64,000 nt of DNA from Octopus vulgaris (GCA_951406725.2 OX597839.1:18724001-18788000); one strand, 5' to 3'. Numbered from the stretch's first letter, positions 13,076 to 26,062 are shown. Made by a program: numbers and translations. Notes: generated by a model not told the origin, from the letters alone.

Positions 13076-13454
13076 GGAGGGAGGGAGTGAGGTGGGGCAG
13101 GCAGGCAGGCAGGCAGAAAGGAAATTTGTGCAACAGGCGTAGAGAGATATTTTCTGCACAGTGTCACACACCGCGTCTCTAATTCTGTATGAAAGATTTA
13201 GTTACGCATGACACATACGCGATCACACGCTCATAAATAATATAACACGTATATATAAGGGAAAAAGGGAAACGTATATATGTTTGTGTGTGCATACAAA
13301 TGTTTTCGCACCAGTTCAGATGTCATTCACATTAAGCAAATCCATAATAATAATGAACTTCGATTCGTGGTGGCCGTTAGGGACAAAAATAAAATCCATG
13401 TTCAACAAAGTGTGCTATTATGTAATGAAAGGTCTGCTTATGCATGTAATAATG

Positions 13455-14066
13455 ATCCTTTCTGCTATAGGCTCAAGGCCTGAAATTTGGTGGGGGAGGA
13501 AGATAGTCGATCAGATCGACCCCAGTACTCAAATGGGACTTAATTTCTCGACCCCAGTACTCAAATGGGACTTAATTTCTCGACCCTGAAAGGATGAAAG
13601 GCAAAGCCGACCTCGGCGGAATTTGAACTCAGAACGTAACGGCAGACGAAATACTGCTAAGCATTTCGCCCGGCGAGCTAACGATTCTGCCAGCTCGCCG
13701 CCTTAATAATCGATTACATCTACCCCAGTACACAACTGGTACTTCATTTATCAACCCGGAAAGGATGAACGGCGAAGTCGATATCGGAGGAATTTGAACT
13801 CAGAACATAAAGACGGACGTAATACCCATTTCTTTACAACCCACAAGGGGCTAAACACATAGGGGACAAACAAAGACAGACAAACGGATTAAGTTGATTA
13901 TATCGACCCCAGTGCGTAACTGGTACTTATTTAATCGACCCCGAAAGGATGAAAGGCAAAGTCGACCTCGGCGGAATTTGAACTCAGAACGTAGCGGCAG
14001 ACGAAATACCGCTAAGCATTTCGCCCGGTGCGCTAACGATTCTGCCAGCTCTCCGCCTTAATAATG

Positions 14067-14156
<90 letters not shown>

Positions 14157-14795
14157 CTTTTCTACTGGAGGCACAAGTCCTCACATTTGGTGGGAGGGGG
14201 CTAGTCGATTACATCGACTCCAGTGTTCAACTGGTACTTAATTTATCGACCCCGAAAGGATGAAAGGCAAAGTCGACTTCAGCGGAATTTGAACTCAGAA
14301 AGTAAAGCCAGAAGAAATTCCGCTAAGCATTTTGCCCGCGAGTTAATGATTCTGTCCACTTGTTGCTTAAAAATAATAATAATTTTGGCGCCGGGAACTA
14401 GTCGATTACATCGATTCCAGAGTTCAATTAGCATTTATTTCATCGACCCCGAAACGATGAAAGGTACAACCGACTCCGGCGGAATTTGAACTCAGAACAT
14501 AAAGACAGAGCCGAATTCCCGCTAAGCACTTTTCCAACGTGCTAACGATTCTGCCAGCTCGTCGCCTTAAAAATATTCCTTTCTACTATGAGCACAAAGC
14601 CTGAAATCTTGTGGGAGGTGACTTGTCGATTACACGAAACCCAGTGCTGCACTGGCACTTATTTTATCGACCCTGAAAAGGTTGAAAGGCAGAGGGAACC
14701 TCGGCGGAATCGGGGCTTAGAACATAAAGACGGACGAAATGCCGTAAGACATTTTGTCCGGTGTGTTAACGATTCTACCTGTTCGCTGTCTTAAT
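13455..14795 (-). mobile_element. Cluster of at least 5 co-oriented SINE-A copies separated by (TAA)n
   Basis: Heads (...gccagctcgccgcctta) end at about 13703, 14059, 14365, 14568 and 14792; (TAA)n at 14060-14155. Confidence 0.88.
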
Positions 14796-14956
14796 AATAA
14801 TAAACTCTCGAAATACAAAAATCTGGAAATTGAGAAAATACAAATGAAAAAAATAAAAGAAACAAATGTAAAACTCGAAGACCTAAACAATCTCCATTAA
14901 AATAGGTTCCTGGATATGATAAAAAATATGCAAACAAATACACAAAAAAATAAACA

Positions 14957-15119
14957 GACGCAGGAGTGACTGTGTGGTAAGTAGCTTGCTTACCAACTGC
15001 ATGGTTCCGGGTTCAGTCCCACTGCGTGGCACCTTGGGCAAGTGTCTGCTACTATAGCCTCGGACCGACCAATGCCTTGTGAGTCGATCTGGTAGACGGA
15101 AACTGAAAGAAGCCCGTCG

Positions 15120-15163
<44 letters not shown>

Positions 15164-15372
15164 CGTGTGTGTGTTTGTTTGTTTGTCCCCAACATCGCTT
15201 GACAACCGATGCTGGTGTGTTTACGTCCCCGTAACTTAGCGGTTCGACAAAAGAGACCGATACTAGGCTCCCAAAGAATAAGCCCTGGGGTCGATTTGCT
15301 CGACTAAAGGCGGTGCTCCAGCATGGAGGCAGTCAAATGACTGAAACAAGTAAAAAGGGTAAAATAAAAGAG
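14957..15372 (+). mobile_element. SINE-B
   Basis: Full head-to-tail match to the other SINE-B copies. Confidence 0.9.
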
Positions 15373-15684
15373 ACAAATATCTAAGGTGCTGCGCAGAGAG
15401 ATTGATCCTGAAACAGCACGATTGCAAAGCGAACTTCTTAACCACACAACCAAGGGAAAATCTGAAGCTGAAGGCAGGCCAAAGTTGTTGTCAATATTCT
15501 GGTATCTTCTGCCGGACCACTGATGCTAATCAGTAGTGGCCTTCACACTTTCCTCGAGCAACATCATAGGCAGCAAGAGATAAAACTTGATGTATTGTGC
15601 TTCTACTGATCTGTTATAGTAACCCGGTTTAGACCTGCACCCTTGAGAAGATACTCTAGTATCGCCACCCAAAGTAGACCTCAC

Positions 15685-16614
15685 ACATGGTTCCTGCAAG
15701 ATGGGGCAACTACTCATATTGCAAGAGAAACAATACAGTTTCTACGGCTATGCTTTGGAAACATAATAATTTCCCACTACAGCAATGTCAATTGGCCTTC
15801 ATGTTCCCCAGACTTGACTTGATGGATTTTTTCTTGTGGGGATATCTGAAAGAGAGGGCTTACATCAACAAGCTGGAGACCCTGATGCAACTGAAGGAGA
15901 TCATCAATAGAGAAATCAGAGAAGTGGGGTCTGAAACTCTTGAGGGTGTTATGGTACAAGTTTTGGAAAGAGCACGGGTGTGTGAAGCTGAAAATAGCTG
16001 CCATTTAAGCAATGTAATTTTTCATATGTGATGTTGGGGTGTTGCAAAATTTGACTTGTGCATATTAATTTCCATAGTGGGATCTTTTCGGTTTGAACGG
16101 TAGTTTTTTCTAGCGGTGTCATATGAAATTGTCACCCATAATTATGACCCTAGTATCGATCTATTGCATTTCAATCTGTTTTAGGGTTAGGGTTGGTTAG
16201 GGTTAGTTAGGGTTAGGGGTGGGGGAAGGGTATATTTTTTTCCTCACAAATGTAAATAAACCAAATCTGTTTCTTAAACGAGGGACATATTCATACGGCA
16301 CATAATGTTTTTGACTTCAATGGACGTCATCGATTGGTTGAAATTGCAGAAATTGAAGAAAAAACAACAAATATCTTACAAACTATAGTATTTTCTCAAT
16401 AAAGCCAAGAGAAAAAGATGTTTTATAAACACATTCTACCAGTATACGAAGTTAAAATTTTTTAGTTATCTAGAAATTATGTTAAAAACTGCCGTTCAAA
16501 CCGAAAAGATCCCCATCGTGTCCTTTATGTTGTATCAAAATTTCATGCATTTATTTGTAAAGTTTAGGAAGTTATTAAAAGCTGGAAGTAATCAGTGACT
16601 TTTGGGACGCCCTG
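15685..16614 (+). pseudogene. Tc1/mariner transposase remnant of the DD41D (rosa) type, with right TIR
   Basis: TWFLQDGATTHIARET...NWPSCSPDLT / (1-bp frameshift) MDFFLWGYLKERAY...; 41 residues lie between the QD and DFF aspartates once the frame is restored. Right end ttttgggacgccctg at 16600-16614. Confidence 0.88.
16080..16512. mobile_element. MITE with GGATC-starting TIRs, 8-bp TSD and internal TTAGGG repeats (copy 1)
   Basis: TIR ggatcttttcggtttgaacggtagttttt / aaaaactgccgttcaaaccgaaaagatcc. TSD ccatagtg (16072-16079) / ccatcgtg (16513-16520). Confidence 0.92.
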
Positions 16615-17323
16615 TGTATATATATTTATATTGCCCGAATACTGGTGCGTGGTGTGCAAGTGGCTTCACATTGTGAATAAACTTTCAGTGAATTTTATTG
16701 CTGTCGTGTGCAAGCGCGAAAAGCGCGAACTAGCGTTACGTGAATTTCGTTGGGTGCACGCGTGCGTGTATCCACGCATGCAAACAAAAATACATGAGAT
16801 GTATAGCTGCGTACATATATATTCATACACACATATATGTTAAACGCAAGACATTTCGGTTGCTGTGTCGGGCTGGGCTGGGCTGGTTTGGTCTCTAGTG
16901 GTTCATGGATTTGTCTGTGCTTTCAGAATTCACATTCGTTTCGACCTTAATGTATTTGGGTACGTGTGTGTATTTATACTTGTATATACGGGTGGGGTGT
17001 ACATGTGCACCTGCTCGTGCGTGAAGATGCTAGCATTCGCGTGCAAGTGGCTGTGTGTGTTTGTGTATGGGGGGTATTTCGGTTATGTACGGTTTGACTT
17101 CGGAGAATACCAATGAAACATACCATAGTTTTGGTTAAGACGAAAACTATAGCTCAACTAATAATAGTAGTAACAGTAGTAGCGGTGGTAGTAGTAGAGG
17201 TGGTAGTGTTAGTTGTAACAGTGTTGGTGATACTGATCAGAATGATGTTGGCAATAATGATGATGATGATGACAAAATTAATAATAATATTGACAATAAT
17301 GATAATGGTGATGTCAAATTTGG

Positions 17324-17641
17324 AACTCCGTCGGTTTCGACGATGAGTGTTGCAATTGATCTGATCAACGGAAATTCGTGAAATTAACGTCCAAGTGGCT
17401 GAGTACTCCACAGACACGCACATTCCCATAACGTAGTTCAGAAAGAGATTCAGCGTGACGCAGTATATAATAAGGCCGGCCCTTTTGAAATACAAGTACT
17501 ACTCATTTTTGCCAGCTGAGCGGACTGGAGCAACGTGAAATAAAGTGCCTTGCTCAAGGACACAGCGCGCCGCTGGGAATCGAACCCGCGAACATACGAT
17601 CACGAACCGAATACCCTTGCCACTAAGCTACGTGCTTTCAC
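17324..17641 (-). mobile_element. SINE-E (SINE-C-like tRNA head, different body and tail)
   Basis: Minus strand: gtagcttagtggcaagg...ggttcgattccc...ccttgagcaaggcactttatttcacgttgctccag, tail ...cgtcgaaaccgacggag. A tail fragment also occurs at about 41385-41445. Confidence 0.8.
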
Positions 17642-18066
17642 TATGACACTGTCAGCGATGGTGATGACGATGTTGTAAATGACAACAACGATGTACCACT
17701 TCGCGCAATTTCTCAAATTTTCAGGAGAAATATTAGTAAAAGTAGTAAAAATAATCGATCGTAAAGATCGATAGTAAAAGTAATCGATCTCAAACACCTG
17801 ACTATTGTTTATCATTTAACCTTTGTACTTTTATTTATTTATTCTTCTTTTGTATCGTCTTCCCATTGGGAAGGCGGTGAAAAAGGAACAAAACATCGTT
17901 AAGATTTGCGCTTTTAAACATAATTTATGAAAACTAAATCTTCTAACCTCTAGACATGACCGTCTTGAGGCCCCAGGGCTCATAGGGCCGCTTACCTGGT
18001 TTCCATGGGGTATAACTGACCGAGATCACAGCACTAGTCTTGAGCAGGGTGGCGGGCCTTAAAGGT

Positions 18067-18463
18067 TACTCTTTTACTTGTTTTAGTCATTTGACTGCGG
18101 CCATGCTGGAGCACCGCCTTTAGTCGAGCAAATCGACCCCAGGACTTATTCTTTGCGAGCCTAGTACTTATTCTATCGGTTTCTTTTGCCGAACCACTAG
18201 GTTGCGGGGACGTAAACACACTAGCATCAGTTGACAAGCGATGTTGGGGGGACAAACACAGATAGAAACACACATACATATATATACGTATACATATATA
18301 CGACGGGCTTCTTCCAGTTTCCGTCTACCAAATCCACTCACAAGGCTATGGTCGGCCCGAGGCTATAGTAAAAAACACTTGCCCAAAGTGTCATGCAGTG
18401 GGACTGAACCCTGAACCATGTGGTTGGTAAGCCAGCTACTTACCACACAGCCACTCCTGTGCC
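18067..18463 (-). mobile_element. SINE-B
   Basis: Full-length match. Confidence 0.9.
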
Positions 18464-19733
18464 TCATTTACAGTTAAATGAACTGCAGCGTCATGAAGAG
18501 TCTTGCTCAAAAACAAAACGCACCGCTAAGTCCTGAAATCGAAACCGCGGTCGTGCGATCATGAGTGCAACGCCTTAAACACTAGGTTTCTCTTCTTCAC
18601 TAACTAAATAATCCAAACATTTAATCAGATCTTCAGCTTTCGTCTCTGTTCTTTTATTTTAATGGCATATGCTAAGAAAGAAAGGCTGTAACCACTGATT
18701 ATTTTAATGGCTTGGTGAAAAACAAGAGGGAAGTAGCAATTAATTTTTTAATGGGTTAGTAAGAAAACAAGACAGTGACCATTACTTTTTCTATGGGTTA
18801 TTCAAAAAGATGGCAATAACTGACTATTTTTGATGGATTATCCAGGGGTACGCGAGCAGTGCCCACGACATTTTTTTAAAGCGCTATTTAAAGGCAAAGT
18901 CGACCCCGGGGGAATTTGAATTCAGAGCGTAAGGAGGGACGAAATGCAGCTAAGCATTCTGCCTGGCGTACTAGGGATTCTTCCCGGTGATCCCCTTATT
19001 TAGCTTTTTGATATTGATTTCTAACATAGGAACAAGACCGCAAATTTAGAATAGGGGTGTGGTGAATTAAATGATCTCAAATTTTGGTATAGGGCCAGCA
19101 GTTTTTGAGGGGAGGGTAAGTAGAATACATCGATTGAGGTACTTGACTGCTTCTTATTTCATCGACATCGCAAAGATAAAATGGTAAAGTTGACCGCGGC
19201 GGAATTCGAACTCAGAACATAGAGACGGATGAAATGCTATTAAGCATTTTGCCTAGCTAACCATTCTAGCAATTCTGCCAGATTAACGCCTTAATGTACG
19301 GGCAATTAATGGACACCAATTCATGACTGGTACTTTATCAACCTCGGAAGGCTGGAAGGTGAAGTTACCCTTCGAAATGAGTACGTAGACTTTTATGTTT
19401 AAATACCCCAAGGTATATTCAACCTCTTGTCATTCAGATTACTCTGTCAAATGTGAGGCTTATTTATCCACATGGTTTTGAATTAATCACGCATTTTCTC
19501 GGAGCTTCGAGACTTCGATTACACATCATGGGCTTCTTTCAGTTTCCGTCAACCAAATCCACTCACAAAGCTTTGGTCAGGTCTACAATAGAATACACTT
19601 GGCCAAGGTGCCACGTCGTGGAACTGAACCCGGAACCATGTGGTTGGGAAGCAAACTTCTTACCACATAACCAAACTTTGCACCCGCGACGCGCGTGAGA
19701 GAGAGAGAGAAAGAAAGACAGAGAGAGTGTCAA

Positions 19734-19774
<41 letters not shown>

Positions 19775-20035
19775 TTCTACGATGTCTGGGGGAAATCTGA
19801 CGGAATTGCCGTGGTTGGAACATATTTGATGACATGTCTGTTCGACCACTCGACTCGGATGACCATTATGTTGATGACACGGAAGTAGATGAAGATAATA
19901 CCGTGGTGATTGTGGGGTGGAAGTTTACGAAGAAAAGAGATAAGGTTTCCAGTCTTTTATAGGAAACTATAAATCTGTCCGAAACTGGATTGATCTATGT
20001 TGGGACATTTCCGAAAATGGGGTAAATGATAGCCT

Positions 20036-20127
20036 CTACTCCATCGCTTGTGTTGACATCATATAGCTTTTAAGTATTTCTTGCACATCTGATTCCGATT
20101 TTAGATTATCTATATGCGTTTCTTTCT
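20036..20127 (-). CDS. Candidate terminal coding exon of an unidentified minus-strand gene
   Basis: gtgtAG acceptor after (TG)n, phase 1, encodes KETHIDNLKSESDVQEILKSYMMSTQAME*. Phase-compatible with exon 36943-37111. No homology recognised. Confidence 0.22.
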
Positions 20128-20146
20128 CTACACGCACTCACACACA

Positions 20147-20221
<75 letters not shown>

Positions 20222-20316
20222 CATTATATCTATATATATATCTCTCATTATATATACAAATCCTCTCATATCTCCCTGGATTTATATCCCTCTACATATC
20301 TATCAATATCCATATC

Positions 20317-20391
<75 letters not shown>

Positions 20392-20495
20392 CCCACCTAT
20401 CTATCTCTTCACCTATATCTATCTCTTTGTCTTCATCTATCTATTTATCTATCCATCTCTTTGTCTTCATCTATCTATCTATCTATTTTACCTTC

Positions 20496-20572
<77 letters not shown>

Positions 20573-20694
20573 CCTATCTTACCTTCGTCTATCTATCTAT
20601 CTATCCATGTATATCCTATATATGTCTAATCGTGTCTATTAATTTTTCTGTCTTAATTTTTCTATCTATCTATCTTTCTATACCATCATCACCA

Positions 20695-20935
20695 TGACTG
20701 TGCGGACGCAGCAACCTACAGAATACACTCACCGGGAGAACGTAGAAGACGCTCCACAGTGTGCTACAGATGCCTATGTGAGAACCGGTCTTGAGTGGAT
20801 GGCAAAGTGAAGACACAAGAGGTGAGGTAAATCTCATCAGGCCAGATTTAGAATTATGAAGGAAGACCTGATTGATTTGGGTCCGGTCTGGATGCAGGCC
20901 CAAAAGAAATCATGTGACCAGGATGAATAGAAATC
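20695..20935 (+). mobile_element. Degraded RTE-clade LINE 3' fragment
   Basis: RTGLEWMAK*RHKR*GKSHQARFRIMKEDLIDLGPVWMQAQKKSCDQDE resembles the RTE terminus AL.W.P.GKR.RGRP..TW...I.EDL...G..W..A...A.DR..W. Confidence 0.55.
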
Positions 20936-21932
20936 CAGCAATTTTGTGGGAGGGTTAAGTCGATTACATCGACCCCAGTACTCGACTGGTGTTTATATTT
21001 TATTCAGCCCTAAAGGTAAAGAGGTAATACTGCTCAAGTCACTCATAAAAAGGAAATGGCCCTAAGTATGGAAGTTTTGTCTGACCTTGCTCCACCTGAT
21101 TATCATTTGATTATCACCTGATTATCATTTAACGTCTTTACGTTCTGAGTTCAAATTCCGACGCCGAGGGCAACTTTGCATTTCAAACTGGGAGAGTTGT
21201 TTCTTCAAAACTAACTCCAATTATTTAGCAGCCATCCACAGGTCGACTGGTTTTACATTTTAACATCGGCAATTTGTATTTTCCTATTTAACACATCCAA
21301 TTTCCCCCCGCTTATAAATGGAATTACTTTGCGAAATAATAATAAATTTACAGTTACCTTCCAGGTAATCAACTTCATATATTTAGCAGCTCCGGGAATC
21401 TCACCCTCGTCGCCAAATTGTTTGGGACCAGCTGAAGGAAGGGGTTTTAGTAATGACGAACTACTCGGATTAAGAATTGTTTTATTATTACCCGCAAGGG
21501 GCGAACATAGAGGGGACAATACAACCTGATGTGGGGTCAGATTAACGGATGGGATTACAAAAGAGGTGAATTTAAAAATTTACAAAAAATGACAAAATAG
21601 CAAGAAATCGAATGAAGAACAGACCGGAAGACATTACGGATGGAGTGGGAGCGGGTTTAGCTCGGACCCTACGAGCCCCGCCTCCCCACTGATACTTTGG
21701 TTTCGTCTAGTTTTACATTTATGTGGTATCAAACACTCGCAACTTTCGTGCTACATCTTTCCATCGTTCTTCGTACACTCTCTTAGTCAGGCATATATAT
21801 ATATATATGTATATTTATATGTATATATATATATATATATCTATATATATACATATACGTATATATATATATATACATACATATATATATACACACATAT
21901 ATATACATACATTTCTATCTATCTATCTATAC

Positions 21933-21972
<40 letters not shown>

Positions 21973-22108
21973 GGGGGGGAGGGTAGACACATAGAGTTGT
22001 ACATATGTATTTAACTATTTAAAACGTAACTGTTCTTATAAACGCACATACACACGTATACACCCATATACTTATACATATATGTACATCTAAACGTATG
22101 TATGTATG

Positions 22109-22149
<41 letters not shown>

Positions 22150-22627
22150 TATGAATATATGTACGTAACCCATACACACACGTATATACAGACTGACATA
22201 ATTCGTGATGCAATTACATTTGCAACCGAAATTCCCGTGCAACGCTGCACATGTGTATGCATCTATGAATCAGCTCACTCCTACCTGAACGCTCGTGCAT
22301 TCAGTTAATGTGCTCAAGAGGTTGCAATAAAAGGGGACCCTGCCCCCCTTATATCTGCATCACATGACGTCACATTACCCATAAATCAATGTATTTGTGA
22401 CGGTCTGTGGAAGAGAGCAAAGGCAGTGCCCAAAACCAAAATAAGCAACGATAAAAACAAGAAGAAGAACAACGACAAGAAGAACATAGGGGCGACTTAA
22501 GAAGCTCATAGCGGAGCAGTAATAACAGCCAAGCCTTTATATTTCGGTATTAATAACAACAACGTGAAACAGCAATGACGAAATGTAATGATGGTGGTAA
22601 AAACAGTAACAATGACAAGCCTTCCTT

Positions 22628-22832
22628 TTTTAGGCACAAGGCCTGAAATTTGGGGAAAGTGACTTGTTGAATATATCGAACCCCAGTGCTCGAACTGGTG
22701 TTTATCTTATCAACCCCGAAAGCATGAAAGGCAAAGTCGACCTCAGCGGAATTTGAACTCAGAACGTAAAGACGGACGAAATGCCGCTAAGTATTTTGCT
22801 TGGCGTGCTAACGATTCTGCCAGCTCACCGTC
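22628..22832 (-). mobile_element. SINE-A monomer abutting (TAC)n
   Basis: Head-to-tail match to SINE-A; followed by a partial minus-strand SINE-B at 22898-23192. Confidence 0.85.
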
Positions 22833-22833
22833 T

Positions 22834-22884
<51 letters not shown>

Positions 22885-23319
22885 CACCATTACTATAGAT
22901 CTCTTTTGCCGAACCGCTAAGTTACGGGGACGTAAACACACCAGCATCGGTGATCAAGCGATGTTGGGGGGGGGGGGGGAGAGGACAAACACAGACACAC
23001 AAACATATACACACACACGTATATATATATATACATATATACGACGGGCTTCTTTCAGTTTCCGTCTACCAAATCCACTCACAAGGCTTTGGTCGGCCCG
23101 TGGCTATAGTAGAAGACACTTGCCCAAGGTGCCACGCAGTGGGACTGAACCCGGAACCATGTGGTTCATAAGCAAGCTACTTACCACACAAGCGGTTAGG
23201 AAAGAATACTATTGGCAGCTAGAGATGCTCCCGAATTTATTGTTGTAGTAGGTGAAATATGTAGCTGTGAAGAGGAGGAAGTTCATGGCTAGTTTATAGA
23301 ACATACCTTGGATATTTGA

Positions 23320-23945
23320 AGTAAATAAAGCTGGGTATGGATGACGGATGGAAAGTTGAAGTGAGAGACGGAAGCGTTAATTATAGCCGGCCAGGAAGAA
23401 GCCATTAGGTCGAATTTGAGAGCAAATGCAGAATCTACAAGAAAGGAGATGACAGTATTAATAGTATTTTGAGTGCAGTAAGGTAGCACGAAAAGAGTAT
23501 AAGTGCAGGCATGATTGTAGAAGCAAAAGAATGCATTGTGATATTGCTGTATGTATGGATTTAAAGTAGTAGCAAAGTGGTATGAATTATAGGATTTTAT
23601 GGGATTTCTCCATTAGGACTGACCACACAACTGAAGCAAGAAGACCAGATATGATTGTAGAGGATAAAATTAACAAACAGTGTATGATCATAGACCTATC
23701 AATACCATATGAAAATAAAAATTGTGAAAATTCAGGATCTAGACAGAGAGATGAGTTGGCTGTGGAAGTCGACAATTAATCAAGTGGTAATTGATGCACT
23801 TGGCACAAAACCCAAATTGATACCTCAGAGACTGAAGGATAATGGAAATGGGACTTGCAATGTCGACATGTAGAATGGTGCAACCCTGTATTCTGCAAGA
23901 ATCCTATGTAAGATCCTTGTGATTTGAGGAAACTTGCTGTCACCA
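23320..23945 (+). mobile_element. R4/Dong-clade LINE C-terminal restriction-like endonuclease (RLE) remnant
   Basis: Fragmented translation LK*ETEALIIAGQEEAIRSN..KCR..RKEYKCRHD..KWYE..RILWDFSIRTDHTTEARRPDMIVEDK..CMIIDLSIP..VVIDALG..SARILCKIL. RHD, ILWD, RRPD and IID.P are R4/Dong RLE motifs. Confidence 0.85.
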
Positions 23946-24002
23946 GGCTTCGAGACAACATCCCGGCTAAATGATGCAACATAATATTGTTTACCATATT
24001 CT

Positions 24003-24420
24003 AAGGCGGCGAGTCGGTAGAAGCGTTATTGCGCCGGACAAAATGCTTTTAGGCATTTCTTCCGTTTTAACATTCTGCGCTCAAATGCCACCAAGATCGA
24101 CTTTACCTTTCGGGGTCGGTAAAACAAATACCAGTTTAACACTGGGCTCGATATAATCAACTTAGCCGTTCCTCCGAAATTGTTGGCCCTGTACCAGAAT
24201 TTTAACCCAATATCTACGCAAAAATCTTAAGCAGCGAGCTGGGAGAATTGTTATCATGCAGGGAAAAATGCTTAGCAGTATTTCTTCCAACTGCGTTCAA
24301 ATGCTGTCGGGGTCGACTTTGCCTTTCATCGTTTCGGGGTCGGTAAGGCAATTACCGTTTGAACACTTGGGTCAACGCAACTGACTTATTCGCTCCCCTT
24401 GTGCAAATAATTGAATCTAA
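24003..24420 (+). mobile_element. Two old SINE-A copies in tandem
   Basis: Heads at about 24003 and 24229, diverged. Confidence 0.75.
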
Positions 24421-24429
24421 TATTTATAT

Positions 24430-25236
24430 AATAACCGTAATTCTAGCTTTAACCCTCAAACAAAGCCCAGCCTTAACTATCAGTCTATTCCCAAACCCAA
24501 TGCTTACCTTAACTTAAACGCTGACCTTAACAATCCAGAATCTAAAAATCTAACTCTTACGTCTTCTTCTTCTTCTTAATCCTTTTTGCCCCTTGTGGAG
24601 CATAGGGCCTCAACAGTTGTTTTCCACTTTTTGCGGTCATTGGCGTGTTTCTTGGTTGCCTTCCATGTCAGACCAGTGGTCCTGAGATCGTCCAAAATGC
24701 TCCGCTTCCATGTCTGCTTCGGGCGTCCTCACTTCCTTTTCTCCTGCGGGTTCCAGTCAAGTGCTTGTCGGGTCACCTTTGCAAACCTAACGAATTCGTA
24801 AACTCTTACGGAAAACTAACGAATTCGAACTCTTGCTCATCGTTAATCCTAAACCTGACTCTGACCCTAAGGTTAACCCTAACCCCACTCTTAATCGACA
24901 TCGTAGAGGAAAAGTCCAATAAGCACCAGTATTTTTCTTTGTAGGTTGTACTGTAATGACCCTAATTCTAACATTAACCATTACACAAACCCCAGCCCTA
25001 ACTACCACTCTCTTCCCCCAATGCTTACCCTAATTGAAACGCAGGCCTTAATCCAGAACCTGAAAATCGAACTCTTACCGTAAATATGAAAGTAACTCCC
25101 AACGACCTCGAACCCTTATGTTTCCCTAATCCTAAACCTAACTCTGACCCAAAGCTTAATCCTAACCCAGTCTTAATCCACATCGTGGAGGGAAAGTCCA
25201 ATAAACACCGGCATTTTTCTTAATAGGTGGCACTGT
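24430..25236. repeat. Diverged tandem duplication (units of about 280 bp) rich in degenerate CCCTAA-like motifs
   Basis: Shared landmarks cccagcc.taacta, ccaatgcttacc.taa, aatccagaa and tcttaatc.acatcgt.gagg.aaagtccaataa.cacc each occur twice. Confidence 0.75.
24562..24782 (-). mobile_element. 5'-truncated RTE-clade LINE with (AAG)n tail and 10-bp TSD
   Basis: Minus translation AKVTRQALDWNPQEKRK*GRPKQTWKRSILDDLRTTGLTWKATKKHANDRKKWKTTVEALCSTRGKKD*. TSD aactcttacg at 24552-24561 and 24801-24810. Confidence 0.9.
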
Positions 25237-25735
25237 CCATCTTAGATATTTTGATGAATTTATGGAGGAACTTGTAAATTTATTGCCCGCATTTTCACTT
25301 GTTGGGGAGCTATTAGTAGTTTTCATTATGCTGGCTAATAGCTCGATGCATGAATAGCGTTTGGCATTCAAGCAGATAAATTCACTGTTTGTGTTCTTGC
25401 TCGTTCGTTGAGGCCAAGGCTATTTAAAAACCAAATCGCTTCAAGACATTTCCAATCAATTCATCGTCGTAAACAAAACTGCTGTTCAATAATCCATTCT
25501 TGGCAAAAAAAAAAATAAATAAATAAAAACGGGCCAAATTCCTCAACTTGAAAATTTTTTAGTTTAAATATTTTTGCTTTCTTTTTTGTTTTGAAAAATT
25601 GTAAACGCATACCGAGAAACCAAGCTCATTTCTAAGGAATGGTTTTTAGAAAACAATTTGTTTTCGAAACGAGAATGAGAATCAAAACAAAAGAGAAAGA
25701 GTAGAGTTTTGTTTTTGTAATGAATTCAAGAAAGT

Positions 25736-25737
25736 TC

Positions 25738-25779
<42 letters not shown>

Positions 25780-25827
25780 GTAATAATAGTAATAATAATG
25801 ATAATAATGATAATACTAATAATAACG

Positions 25828-25870
<43 letters not shown>

Positions 25871-25982
25871 AAATAATAATAATAATAATAATAATAATAG
25901 TAATAATAATGATAATAATAATAATAGTAATAATAATGATAATAATGATAATACTAATAATAATGATAATAATAATAATGAA

Positions 25983-26060
<78 letters not shown>
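25736..26060. repeat. (AAT)n microsatellite (a complementary (ATT)n tract lies at 27745-27985)
   Basis: Directly visible. Confidence 0.97.

Positions 26061-26062
<2 letters not shown>

Noticed and set aside
21028-21112. Mariner fragment (MEVL..SDLAPPDYHL)
   Set aside because: Plausible, but under 90 bp and without TIRs, so not listed as a feature.
21646-21692. GC-rich hairpin resembling a terminator or Helitron end
   Set aside because: Imperfect stem, single occurrence, no supporting context.
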